Part shown: piece after piece, positions 1 to 7,262 of the stretch
Layout: each line of letters opens with the position of its first letter
Position numbering within the stretch: the first letter of the stretch is position 1
Origin: a virus
Lineage: Duplodnaviria; Caudoviricetes
Virus record (IMG/VR): IMGVR_UViG_3300020045_003629
Coordinates: 1 to 32,258 of that record
Direction: 5' to 3' (one strand)
Length of the DNA: 32,258 nucleotides
Notes under the pieces: generated by a model
Databases searched by the model: none
What the model was told of the DNA's origin: nothing
The model's input: the letters and a program-made list of their open reading frames with translations, nothing else
Translations under genes and position numbers: made by a program

Positions 1-62
1 TGAATATTGCAATCGACGAGACTATAAACGAAATAAGTCACACTCAGTGGACAGTACGCTAA
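1..62 (+). CDS. 3' end of a partial hypothetical gene (possibly tail completion)
   Basis: Open frame NIAIDETINEISHTQWTVR* ends TAA at 60-62, one base before the ATG at 64, like the tight coupling elsewhere in the window. Confidence 0.45.
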   Translation, partial: NIAIDETINEISHTQWTVR

Positions 63-63
63 G

Positions 64-813
64 ATGATAACACTACTAAAACAACCCGCCCTATTTTTCA
101 ATTGCACTAACCCTGCAATTTTCGAGTTTACAACCGACTCGGTTGTCGGGAATCCCGCCGACTATGTTTGCGACGTTGCGATTAAATCACTTTACGCCGA
201 TAGGTCCGCAGTTATTCGCAATGTATTCCCGAACACCGCAACGGGTGTTTTTTCCGTGGACGCTTCGGAGTTCTTCAAGGCTCTACAGCTTAACGGCTTT
301 GAGTTTGAATTTAACGGGACTAAAAACCTTTCGATAGAAAAGTTTGAAACTAGCCTTAAGATCCGAGACGGCTCAGTACCCGAGGACGACAATTTTGTAT
401 TTGATAATTATATCTTTGATAACTTCGTGTTTACCGACGGCGTAGGGGCGATTGACGACTTAAGCGGTGTATTCTTTTCGATATTAGGCGAGCGCCTTAT
501 GTTCGATAGTTTCACTAATCCCTTAGTGGCTGATAAGCTCACGTTCCTAACGCCGGAAGTTATCGAGGTTTGTCGAGGCTTCGACAATTATCTATCGATA
601 TTCGTTAACGAGCTTACGGGCAACACTGTAACGGTGGCAGGCGTAACCGTCGCAGTACCCTATACGATAGGTGTATCGACTTTTAAATTCAGCGACGCCC
701 AACTTAACGCGATACACTCACTAAGAGCCGTAACGTGCACAAACCAAAACCCCGCTAAAATATATCTTAAATCCATATCGAATAATATACCTCAACGCCT
801 GTGCAGTTCGTAG
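64..813 (+). CDS. Putative virion tail structural protein, probably truncated at an inversion junction near 765
   Basis: 249-aa beta-rich ORF; only substantial plus-strand gene; last ~15 codons run antisense into the 767..1231 gene. Confidence 0.6.
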   Translation: MITLLKQPALFFNCTNPAIFEFTTDSVVGNPADYVCDVAIKSLYADRSAVIRNVFPNTATGVFSVDASEFFKALQLNGFEFEFNGTKNLSIEKFETSLKIRDGSVPEDDNFVFDNYIFDNFVFTDGVGAIDDLSGVFFSILGERLMFDSFTNPLVADKLTFLTPEVIEVCRGFDNYLSIFVNELTGNTVTVAGVTVAVPYTIGVSTFKFSDAQLNAIHSLRAVTCTNQNPAKIYLKSISNNIPQRLCSS

Positions 814-1231
814 CCTTGGTGTATTTCACCGAGTTGTACAGCGGGCGGAGAGAATTATTAATTACTTGAAAGTCGCAAGCGACATAATTTGTAAGCTCGT
901 TGGCAAAGTCTAAGTTTAAAAGCGCTTTGACTATGTTTGTAAATTGGCCATTGTCGAACGTTGAGGTGTTCGTGTCTGTGGCTATGTCCGAGGGCATGCC
1001 AATAAACAAAACGCCGTCAAATTTCATACGACCTCTACCCTCTACGGGTGTAGCCAAATCGATCTTATCAATAAAAAACCAATTCGGTAAGATCTCGTTA
1101 GGCGTTACGCCTGTCGCGTCTGTCTCGTAATACTGAAATTCGTTATATGCCGCGATATACGCCCATAAGTCGGACGGGTCCGCTATGGCGGGCAGTATGT
1201 AAGTTTCGTCTTTTGGTTTTAAAATGCTCAT
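767..1231 (-). CDS. Hypothetical protein, possible tail completion/terminator protein
   Basis: 154 aa, acidic, ends in beta-strand-like CTGVEVYYSIWI; downstream of terminase; function by size and position only. Confidence 0.6.
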   Translation of the reverse strand: MSILKPKDETYILPAIADPSDLWAYIAAYNEFQYYETDATGVTPNEILPNWFFIDKIDLATPVEGRGRMKFDGVLFIGMPSDIATDTNTSTFDNGQFTNIVKALLNLDFANELTNYVACDFQVINNSLRPLYNSVKYTKATNCTGVEVYYSIWI

Positions 1232-1335
1232 ATGGCTAACGTTTTTACGAGTGCTATACCAAAAAGCGCGCCAACTGCAAAAGCTAAACAGGCTACGGCT
1301 AGTATTATAGCTATGAGTTCATCGCGGTTAATCAT
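1228..1335 (-). CDS. Small single-TM membrane peptide (35 aa), not in ORF track
   Basis: MINRDELIAIILAVACLAFAVGALFGIALVKTLAI*; ATGA overlaps with both neighbours exactly fill the gap. Confidence 0.8.
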   Translation of the reverse strand: MINRDELIAIILAVACLAFAVGALFGIALVKTLAI

Positions 1336-1850
1336 TTACGCTTTGGTTTATTGCGTTCAAATTCATTGAACACGTGTAATTTGTCTGCTAAGATAGAAAG
1401 AATAATTGTATCGAGGTTAAAAAGCTCTCGATTAATTTGTTTTTTCTCGTTGTAGTTTACCGGGATATTCTTTTTATCCGCCCAATAGCTGATATAGTAA
1501 AACTTATTCACCGTATCGTGTTGGAAGCCTTTACTCGATCCCTCGACGTTGTAAGAGGCGTTAACCTCGATTATCGCGTCGCGTAAATAAATTATAGCCT
1601 GCTGGAACTTATGGGCGAACGCCTTTAAGACTATGCGCTTAAAAGCTGGTGCGGTTTGAATATTGAAACTCTCGTAAAAGCGCAAGACTATTACTGCCAT
1701 TTGCTCCTCGTTTTTAGCCTCTGAGAGATCCAGCCAGTCGAACGCGTTAATCTTATCGACTATTTGCTCGACCGTTATGCCTAGCTGTAAGTATTGCGCG
1801 AGTGCGTCCTCGTGGCGTAGGATAGCTCTGTCTTTTGCTTTTAGTCCCAT
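1332..1850 (-). CDS. Hypothetical protein, possibly tail assembly chaperone-like
   Basis: 172-aa helical ORF overlapping its neighbours; function is a guess from position. Confidence 0.65.
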   Translation of the reverse strand: MGLKAKDRAILRHEDALAQYLQLGITVEQIVDKINAFDWLDLSEAKNEEQMAVIVLRFYESFNIQTAPAFKRIVLKAFAHKFQQAIIYLRDAIIEVNASYNVEGSSKGFQHDTVNKFYYISYWADKKNIPVNYNEKKQINRELFNLDTIILSILADKLHVFNEFERNKPKRK

Positions 1851-2086
1851 ACTAACAACCTTTGTTGTGCAAGCTCTTCTATCTCGTAGGCGTTTCGCTC
1901 ACGGCCGAAGTCCCAAAGCGTTATGTAACTTAAAAACCTCTTGCCTCGTAGGTCGTCTATGCGAGTAACAGGTTTAACTTTTTCGTGATCCTGCGGGTTA
2001 ATGGTGTCTAAGAACTGAGTTTTATAAACTCTAAGGCTATGCGTTAGCACGGCTATTCTCGGTAAGGGTTTAGTGTTTGATCCCAT
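1841..2086 (-). CDS. Hypothetical protein (81 aa, basic)
   Basis: ORF in operon orientation, overlaps next gene, preceded by structured leader. Confidence 0.65.
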   Translation of the reverse strand: MGSNTKPLPRIAVLTHSLRVYKTQFLDTINPQDHEKVKPVTRIDDLRGKRFLSYITLWDFGRERNAYEIEELAQQRLLVWD

Positions 2087-2099
2087 AGCTGTAAAAGTT

Positions 2100-2151
2100 A
2101 AGCCCCAATGCTCGCTACAAACAAAGGGGCTTTAAAAGTTAATTGTAGCGA
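2100..2151 (-). promoter_or_regulatory. Structured 5' leader, H-type pseudoknot candidate
   Basis: mRNA order TCGCTACAA(2151-2143)..AAGCCCC(2132-2126)..TTGTAGCGA(2120-2112)..GGGGCTT(2106-2100): two interleaved perfect stems; TATCTTTA -7-like box at 2163-2156. Confidence 0.65.
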
Positions 2152-2178
2152 ACCGTAAAGATACAAAACTATTTCGGA

Positions 2179-3525
2179 TTAGTCCCATACCGGTCTCTTT
2201 TTTAGTTCGAATATAAATCTCATTAGCAGCGCGTCGAACCAATCGGGCGAACGGCCTGTACGCTTCTTAAGTTCTTTCTTGCTCTCGAGTCTGATCTTGC
2301 CCTCGTCGTCTGTCGGCTCTCGGCAAATTTGCTCTAAGTCTGACATGATCTGTTTCTTAAACTCTAAATCGGCGATAAAGATAAGGCCTTTCTCTAGATA
2401 TTCTTTAAGCATAAAGGCGCATTCGGTCTTTAAGTTCTTGTACTGGCTGTCTTTCAGCGGTTTGGCGTTGTTGATGAAAGGCTTTGCGGCTTCGAGTTTG
2501 CTAAGGCTGTTCGCCGTAAACTTTCTTAACCCGTCCGCGTCATAGACTATGTTTGAATACGGGACGCCGTGCTCGAGTGCCAGCTCTTTAAGCTTGGTGC
2601 CTATCGCCGTTTCGTCTATTTTCTCTATACCGTAGGTCTTAATCACCCTGAAGCCGTGCCAGATAAACACTGTGAAAATATCGGCGCCCATATAGGCGAT
2701 ATCTGCGGTCATAAACTTAGCGCCCGACGCCTTAACGTGGTTATTCGTAAAGAGGTTACAGATGAAATCGTATTCGTACATGCTGTACGGGTTATCGTCG
2801 TACTCCCAATCGCCGTAGACTAAACGCTTAATACTCTTTTCGTCGTTCTTAAGGGCGCGCATAAGGTCACGGATATAGTTTTTTGGCAGCTTTTTGTTAT
2901 CAGTCGGTAAGGCCTGCACGAATTTACGATAGTTCGGGAGGCGGTTCTCTTTGTTTGCGAGGTAATAGTCCTCGTAGGCGAAACCCTTAGTCGGGTTCAT
3001 AGTACAAAGCATTTTACCTGGTAAGTTGTAAAGGTCGTTTTTCCAACGGCCTATAGTTGCCTGTAGCATCGCCTTGGCCTTTGGGTGAAACTCCCCGATT
3101 TCCTCACACCATCCGCGGGTCATTTGGATAGACCCAAAGCGCTCGAAATCGGGATCGCTTGGCAGGTACGCAGCTTCAAGTAAAAAGACTTTGGAGCCGT
3201 TGTATAGCGTGTAGAAGTTGTCTTGGCCGTTAAAGCTGTAGTACCGTTCGTCGAGGCCCCAATCGCGTAACACCTCCTCGATTGTCGGTTGGGTAAACTT
3301 ACGTAGATCGTTTAGCTTTTTACGGGCAATAAAGAAGTGAGTCCCTGGATATATCAGCGCATCGCCAAAGATCAAAGAGGCTCCCGTGTAGGACTTCGCC
3401 GAGCCTTTCGACCCGCCGTAACCTATGTCACTTATTTCGGGATCCAGCCAATACTCAGCGACTTTAAACTGCTTATCGTTGCCGTGGGTGTTAAACTCAA
3501 TTGAGATCGTCTTCGATTGGCTCAT
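2179..3525 (-). CDS. terL: Terminase large subunit
   Basis: 448 aa; Walker A-like YGGSKGSAKS, Walker B GWCEE, motif III TMNP, nuclease motifs ADIAYMGAD and RSPDWFDAL. Confidence 0.95.
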   Translation of the reverse strand: MSQSKTISIEFNTHGNDKQFKVAEYWLDPEISDIGYGGSKGSAKSYTGASLIFGDALIYPGTHFFIARKKLNDLRKFTQPTIEEVLRDWGLDERYYSFNGQDNFYTLYNGSKVFLLEAAYLPSDPDFERFGSIQMTRGWCEEIGEFHPKAKAMLQATIGRWKNDLYNLPGKMLCTMNPTKGFAYEDYYLANKENRLPNYRKFVQALPTDNKKLPKNYIRDLMRALKNDEKSIKRLVYGDWEYDDNPYSMYEYDFICNLFTNNHVKASGAKFMTADIAYMGADIFTVFIWHGFRVIKTYGIEKIDETAIGTKLKELALEHGVPYSNIVYDADGLRKFTANSLSKLEAAKPFINNAKPLKDSQYKNLKTECAFMLKEYLEKGLIFIADLEFKKQIMSDLEQICREPTDDEGKIRLESKKELKKRTGRSPDWFDALLMRFIFELKKRPVWD

Positions 3526-3964
3526 CCGTTTGGGTTTTATTTTTAATCACCATACCGACAATAGCGGGAACGGCTAAGGCCTTGTTGTCGCTAGTCACGT
3601 CAATCTTATCGCCGTACTTAGTCGGATGCATTTTAGCTAATACCCATTTACGCGCATCGACTCTGAGCCTGGCCCTTTGAATCACGTCGTGATCGGTTCG
3701 CTCTATGCCGTCGGGGTCGATGTAGACATCTTTGAGGTTTTCGTCCGCAATGTTTAAAATGTCTTCAAAGATTGCCTCCGCCCGCTTTATGGTCGCGCGC
3801 GTGTAACGTTTTGCCATATTCTCGTCGATATCACACCATTTGGTGAACGTCTGAGAGCTCAAAGGTCCGTTTTTCTTTAAGGCGGACCGTAAAGAGGCGC
3901 CGCGTTCTATGTCTAAGAGTACTTTTCTAAAAAGAATCTCTATTTCTGAGGCTGTACGTTTCAT
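3497..3964 (-). CDS. terS: Terminase small subunit (start revised from TTG 3985 to ATG 3964)
   Basis: N-terminal HTH-like region, IQRARLRVDARKWVLAKMHPTKYGDK motif typical of Sf6 gp1-like TerS; directly upstream of terL; the TTG at 3985 lies within the promoter box. Confidence 0.9.
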   Translation of the reverse strand: MKRTASEIEILFRKVLLDIERGASLRSALKKNGPLSSQTFTKWCDIDENMAKRYTRATIKRAEAIFEDILNIADENLKDVYIDPDGIERTDHDVIQRARLRVDARKWVLAKMHPTKYGDKIDVTSDNKALAVPAIVGMVIKNKTQTDEPIEDDLN

Positions 3965-3982
3965 TTGTTTGTAATTACGCCT

Positions 3983-4015
3983 CAAAGATACACGCTTTTT
4001 AACCTAAAATGCAAA
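3983..4015 (-). promoter_or_regulatory. Bacteroidota sigma70-type promoter for terS/terL
   Basis: TTTG (4015-4012) - 21 nt - TATCTTTG (3990-3983). Confidence 0.75.
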
Positions 4016-4035
4016 CAGACTGCCAAAAATTAGGA

Positions 4036-4389
4036 GTAAACAATGGTAAACAATAGATTTTTAGCTGTTAACCCGCATGTTTAAAGGCTTTACGGCCAAA
4101 ATGTAAACAAAGTAAACAATAAACAAGGTTTCAAAGAGTTCTACACGTGTATATACGTGTTTTACGCGTTTTATGTATGTATTATGTAAGTATATACTCT
4201 GTTATTATATATTTTTATAATTTATAGTACTTTATTGTTTACATTGTTTACATTAGGGCTTACGCCTTGTCCCTGTTGACTTGGGCACGTAAACAAAGCA
4301 TTGTTTACATTGTTTATTATTGTTTACGTCTGCCTCAAATCTGCCTCAAAACCTCAAAATTGTAAACCAGGTAAACAATCATTGTTTAC
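4036..4389. repeat. Iteron cluster / putative replication origin A
   Basis: GTAAACAA at 4036, 4046, 4103, 4112, 4289, 4371 and TTGTTTAC at 4235, 4244, 4301, 4320, 4382 plus variants, flanking an AT-rich core at ~4170-4234; also CTGCCTCAAA x2 at 4330-4350. Confidence 0.8.
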
Positions 4390-4401
4390 GTTTCATGTAC
4401 G

Positions 4402-4432
4402 AAAAAACCCGCCTTTGTGGTAAGACGGGTTT
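4402..4432 (-). terminator. Intrinsic terminator ending the early module
   Basis: Minus strand AAACCCGTCTT-ACCACA-AAGGCGGGTTTTTT. Confidence 0.85.
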
Positions 4433-4456
4433 AAGGATTATTTGTTTTTGGGTGGT

Positions 4457-5092
4457 CTAACTCATGCCTTTTGGCTTCGTTTTGTTATATTCGGCTATGC
4501 AGCTTGCGACTCTCTCTTTTAGCTCTTCGGTTGTTCTCATGTCTTGTCCACCAACTCTTAAGTTATGCCTCACGCTTTTTAGTACGTTAATCGCTCTGAG
4601 GTATCGGTCCATTGACTTTTCGAGTTCTCCCTTTTCGCCGCAAACATCGCAGTCGCTTAGGTAGTCAGTGTAAGGCTTTCTATATCTCCCGCGCCCTCCG
4701 CATGTTCCGCAAACCTTATCTACTTGCTCGGGCGCTTCTACCCATTCGCCGCGAATTGGTGTGGGTTTAAGTGTTCCGTTAGTCCCGTTTCGCTCTGCCA
4801 CCTCTTTAGCGTAATCAAATGTAAGCTTAGCTATATCGCCGTTGAGGTTCTTAATCGTTTCGTTCTTTAATGCGATTGTGTGCTCTAGTGCTTCGATCTC
4901 TTTAGCTTTTCGGTTAAGCTTTTCGATTACGCCTTCTGCAGAGCTTCGCCTCTCTTCTATTCTTGGCGCAAGTATTTTATCGATACGACCCTTTAGCTCT
5001 TTGATTAATTCGTGCGCTCTCTCTGCCGATACACCAATCACCGATACGATTGCAAGCAGAAAAAAGAATAGTAATAAAGTTGGTGTTTCCAT
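4457..5092 (-). CDS. Membrane-anchored coiled-coil protein with DnaJ-type zinc finger
   Basis: N-terminal hydrophobic helix, heptad region, CGTCGGRG and CDVCGEKG motifs. Confidence 0.75.
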   Translation of the reverse strand: METPTLLLFFFLLAIVSVIGVSAERAHELIKELKGRIDKILAPRIEERRSSAEGVIEKLNRKAKEIEALEHTIALKNETIKNLNGDIAKLTFDYAKEVAERNGTNGTLKPTPIRGEWVEAPEQVDKVCGTCGGRGRYRKPYTDYLSDCDVCGEKGELEKSMDRYLRAINVLKSVRHNLRVGGQDMRTTEELKERVASCIAEYNKTKPKGMS

Positions 5093-5093
5093 T

Positions 5094-5561
5094 TTAATTG
5101 CGTGTTAGATTAATATTATAATAGGTTAACTGTAATTCTTTTGCGAGGTCTTTAAGTGTTTCGGCAAAACTATATTGAAATACTTGCGCCGTAAATACGA
5201 TAGTCTTATGGTTCGTTTTCTGCGATACTCTTCGGAGTAGACTTTCTCTAAATTGCCCGAGGGCTGAACGAACGCTTATCTCGCAGGCGTTCTCTGCTAT
5301 TTGGTTAACTAGGTAGGTCTTGCCGGATCCTGCGGGGCCCGTTACGTACATAATCGTAGTGAGTTTACCTATTTGCTTTTTGGCCTTTGGCTTATCATCT
5401 GCGAAGCCATTTTTCCAATCCCATAAGAGGGTGCCGTCCTCGAGAGCCCAAACGGACGTGTAGGCGGGGCGCATTAACTTTGCGTCGGGTGATAGTTTAT
5501 TACCGAAGTGCTTACGGACTTCTGCCTCTGTTGGCCCAACGTGCGGGTGTGTTGTATTCAT
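5094..5561 (-). CDS. Small P-loop NTPase-like protein
   Basis: MYVTGPAGSGKT Walker A in a 155-aa ORF. Confidence 0.7.
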   Translation of the reverse strand: MNTTHPHVGPTEAEVRKHFGNKLSPDAKLMRPAYTSVWALEDGTLLWDWKNGFADDKPKAKKQIGKLTTIMYVTGPAGSGKTYLVNQIAENACEISVRSALGQFRESLLRRVSQKTNHKTIVFTAQVFQYSFAETLKDLAKELQLTYYNINLTRN

Positions 5562-5869
5562 GGTTTTAAAGTTTTTAGGAATCTATAATAATCTCGGTAG
5601 TACTTAGGGTCTAAGTCTCGCAACGCTTTAGCGTCGTAAGAGTTAAGCTTTTTTACAATAGCGGGCCTGTTACATGGCACAAGGGGTAGCGTAGCAAGAC
5701 GTAAAATTTCTCGGTCTACCTGCTCAACGGGTTTCCATACGCCCGCATATGCTCGTTTTTTAAACCTCACTATGTATGCGAGAGATCCGGCGTTAACTCT
5801 ACTATTCTTCGGACGTCCTGTTTTGTAAAAACCTGCGACTACCGCCACGTACTTAACTTTTACTTTCAT
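5558..5869 (-). CDS. Hypothetical basic protein
   Basis: 103 aa, ATGA overlaps at both ends. Confidence 0.75.
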   Translation of the reverse strand: MKVKVKYVAVVAGFYKTGRPKNSRVNAGSLAYIVRFKKRAYAGVWKPVEQVDREILRLATLPLVPCNRPAIVKKLNSYDAKALRDLDPKYYRDYYRFLKTLKP

Positions 5870-6108
5870 GGCTCTACAGTTTTATGCCAAACGGCGGTTA
5901 TTGCTTTCTTTGTTTTATCTGCTTCAAATTCGCGCTTTCTCATTTCGCACTGCATAGCCACTTTAAAGGCTAAATATATTTCGATAGAATGGGTTGTAGA
6001 TCCCTTAAGCAGTAAGTACTTAAGTATCTGCTCTGCCTCTTCTTTGGGCGTTAGGTTCGCATTCCATAAGTGATTAAACCACTTCAATAAAGTTAAGGCG
6101 TATTTCAT
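5866..6108 (-). CDS. Hypothetical protein
   Basis: 80 aa, ATGA overlaps at both ends. Confidence 0.75.
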   Translation of the reverse strand: MKYALTLLKWFNHLWNANLTPKEEAEQILKYLLLKGSTTHSIEIYLAFKVAMQCEMRKREFEADKTKKAITAVWHKTVEP

Positions 6109-6368
6109 AATTTTCGGGATTGTCTAGCTAGCTCTAGGGCGTCTTTGTAACTAGCCACCTCTCGGACTGCAACCTGGTTCTTATTAAGTTGCTCGGTGTG
6201 CAGGTGCATAAGTATTGCGTGCTCTTTTAGTACTCTGTCGAGAATAGCGTAAACGCCTACGCCCGAGTGTATCGCCGTAATGGCTCCTTTGAAATAAGCG
6301 TCGCGCTCGTAACGCTGATCGCCGTTTTGAAATCTTTCTAATATTTCCTCTAGTGTTAACTTTTCCAT
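6105..6368 (-). CDS. Hypothetical protein
   Basis: 87 aa, coupled to the next gene. Confidence 0.75.
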   Translation of the reverse strand: MEKLTLEEILERFQNGDQRYERDAYFKGAITAIHSGVGVYAILDRVLKEHAILMHLHTEQLNKNQVAVREVASYKDALELARQSRKL

Positions 6369-6375
6369 GATGTAA

Positions 6376-6564
6376 TTATTTTTTAGTTTTGTGCTCGCCT
6401 ATAGCGATATAATAAAGATCCCCCGAATCATATAACAACTGTTCGGTTTTAAGTACCTCGTCGAATCTCGAGAGTATGGCCCATTGGTTGTATAGATATT
6501 GCCCTGTTGCGCCCACGGCTATAAGCGTAGCGCCTATTAGTAAGTCAAATAATAATCGTTTCAT
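6376..6564 (-). CDS. Small membrane protein
   Basis: 62 aa, N-terminal hydrophobic helix LLFDLLIGATLIAVGATG. Confidence 0.7.
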   Translation of the reverse strand: MKRLLFDLLIGATLIAVGATGQYLYNQWAILSRFDEVLKTEQLLYDSGDLYYIAIGEHKTKK

Positions 6565-6568
6565 AGCC

Positions 6569-6775
6569 TTAAAGTATTACGATTACCACTAACCCTGGAC
6601 CCGAGCGTTTGACTTTTATCTCACAGGCGTGAGTCACTGATACGCCCGCCAAGGTTAACACCTGGCCGTCGTTAAGGCTTTCCGCATTAAAACGGATAAC
6701 TCCCGCCAATTCTCTAAACTTCGCCGTTGGGAAGTTCTTTTTTAAAATCTCTAGTACTGTTAGTAATTTTTGCAT
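6569..6775 (-). CDS. Hypothetical protein
   Basis: 68 aa; shares a 19-nt start region with the 6986..7162 gene. Confidence 0.75.
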   Translation of the reverse strand: MQKLLTVLEILKKNFPTAKFRELAGVIRFNAESLNDGQVLTLAGVSVTHACEIKVKRSGPGLVVIVIL

Positions 6776-6806
6776 TTGATTTACATTTTAAAGTTATTGA
6801 AGTTTA

Positions 6807-6827
6807 CCGCCCCGACTATCGAGGCGG
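6807..6827 (-). other. GC-rich intergenic hairpin without U-tail
   Basis: Minus strand CCGCCTCGA-TAG-TCGGGGCGG (9-bp stem, one G-U). Confidence 0.55.
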
Positions 6828-6837
6828 CTATTAAGTT

Positions 6838-6981
6838 CTATTTGGCTTTGCGCACTTTGGCTACAACTCCTTGCGGCCTCCAAGCGTTTAGATACTCTAA
6901 TCCTGCCATTTTCATAGAATAGCCACTAGGTATATTTAGGACTTCAGTACTTTTATTTTCGAAAGTGAGTATAATTTTCAT
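6838..6981 (-). CDS. Small hypothetical protein (47 aa), not in ORF track
   Basis: MKIILTFENKSTEVLNIPSGYSMKMAGLEYLNAWRPQGVVAKVRKAK*; starts 4 nt after the upstream stop. Confidence 0.7.
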   Translation of the reverse strand: MKIILTFENKSTEVLNIPSGYSMKMAGLEYLNAWRPQGVVAKVRKAK

Positions 6982-6985
6982 AATT

Positions 6986-7162
6986 TTAGTTTTGTAGGGC
7001 TCTTATTTCTCTTTGGATTTTTGTACAGATAGCGCAGTACTTACCCGCTTTTTTGTTTCTGATAATTCTACCCCCTACTTTTTGACTACCTGTGTAATTT
7101 TCTCTAACCGCTTGTAGTCTCTCTAGTCTGTTTTCTAATGTCTGGATTCTTGAATTTTGCAT
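6986..7162 (-). CDS. Small basic hypothetical protein (58 aa, CxxC), not in ORF track
   Basis: MQNSRIQTLENRLERLQAVRENYTGSQKVGGRIIRNKKAGKYCAICTKIQREIRALQN*; first ORF after the promoter at 7209. Confidence 0.75.
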   Translation of the reverse strand: MQNSRIQTLENRLERLQAVRENYTGSQKVGGRIIRNKKAGKYCAICTKIQREIRALQN

Positions 7163-7208
7163 TTGATTTACATATTAAGATAATAACTTCGTTGTTGTTA
7201 TCTGAGTA

Positions 7209-7239
7209 CAAATATACAACTATATTTTAATTGTGCAAA
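7209..7239 (-). promoter_or_regulatory. Bacteroidota sigma70-type early promoter
   Basis: TTTG (7239-7236) - 19 nt - TATATTTG (7216-7209). Confidence 0.85.
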
Positions 7240-7262
7240 TATTTAACGTAAAAAAGTGTAAA

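Noticed and set aside
60-769. Simple flip between the TAAGAT/ATCTTA repeats restoring a longer gene
   Set aside because: In-silico re-inversion gives ..KIYLSVLSTECDLFRL* and stops after 11 further codons, and bases 1-62 read better as a plus-strand gene end; the second breakpoint is probably outside the window
4036-4389. Possible CRISPR or mini-array
   Set aside because: Repeats are 8-mers in both orientations with irregular spacing; no 25-45-bp repeat/spacer periodicity
6807-6827. Hairpin as an intrinsic terminator
   Set aside because: No U-tract on either strand; kept only as a possible stability or processing stem
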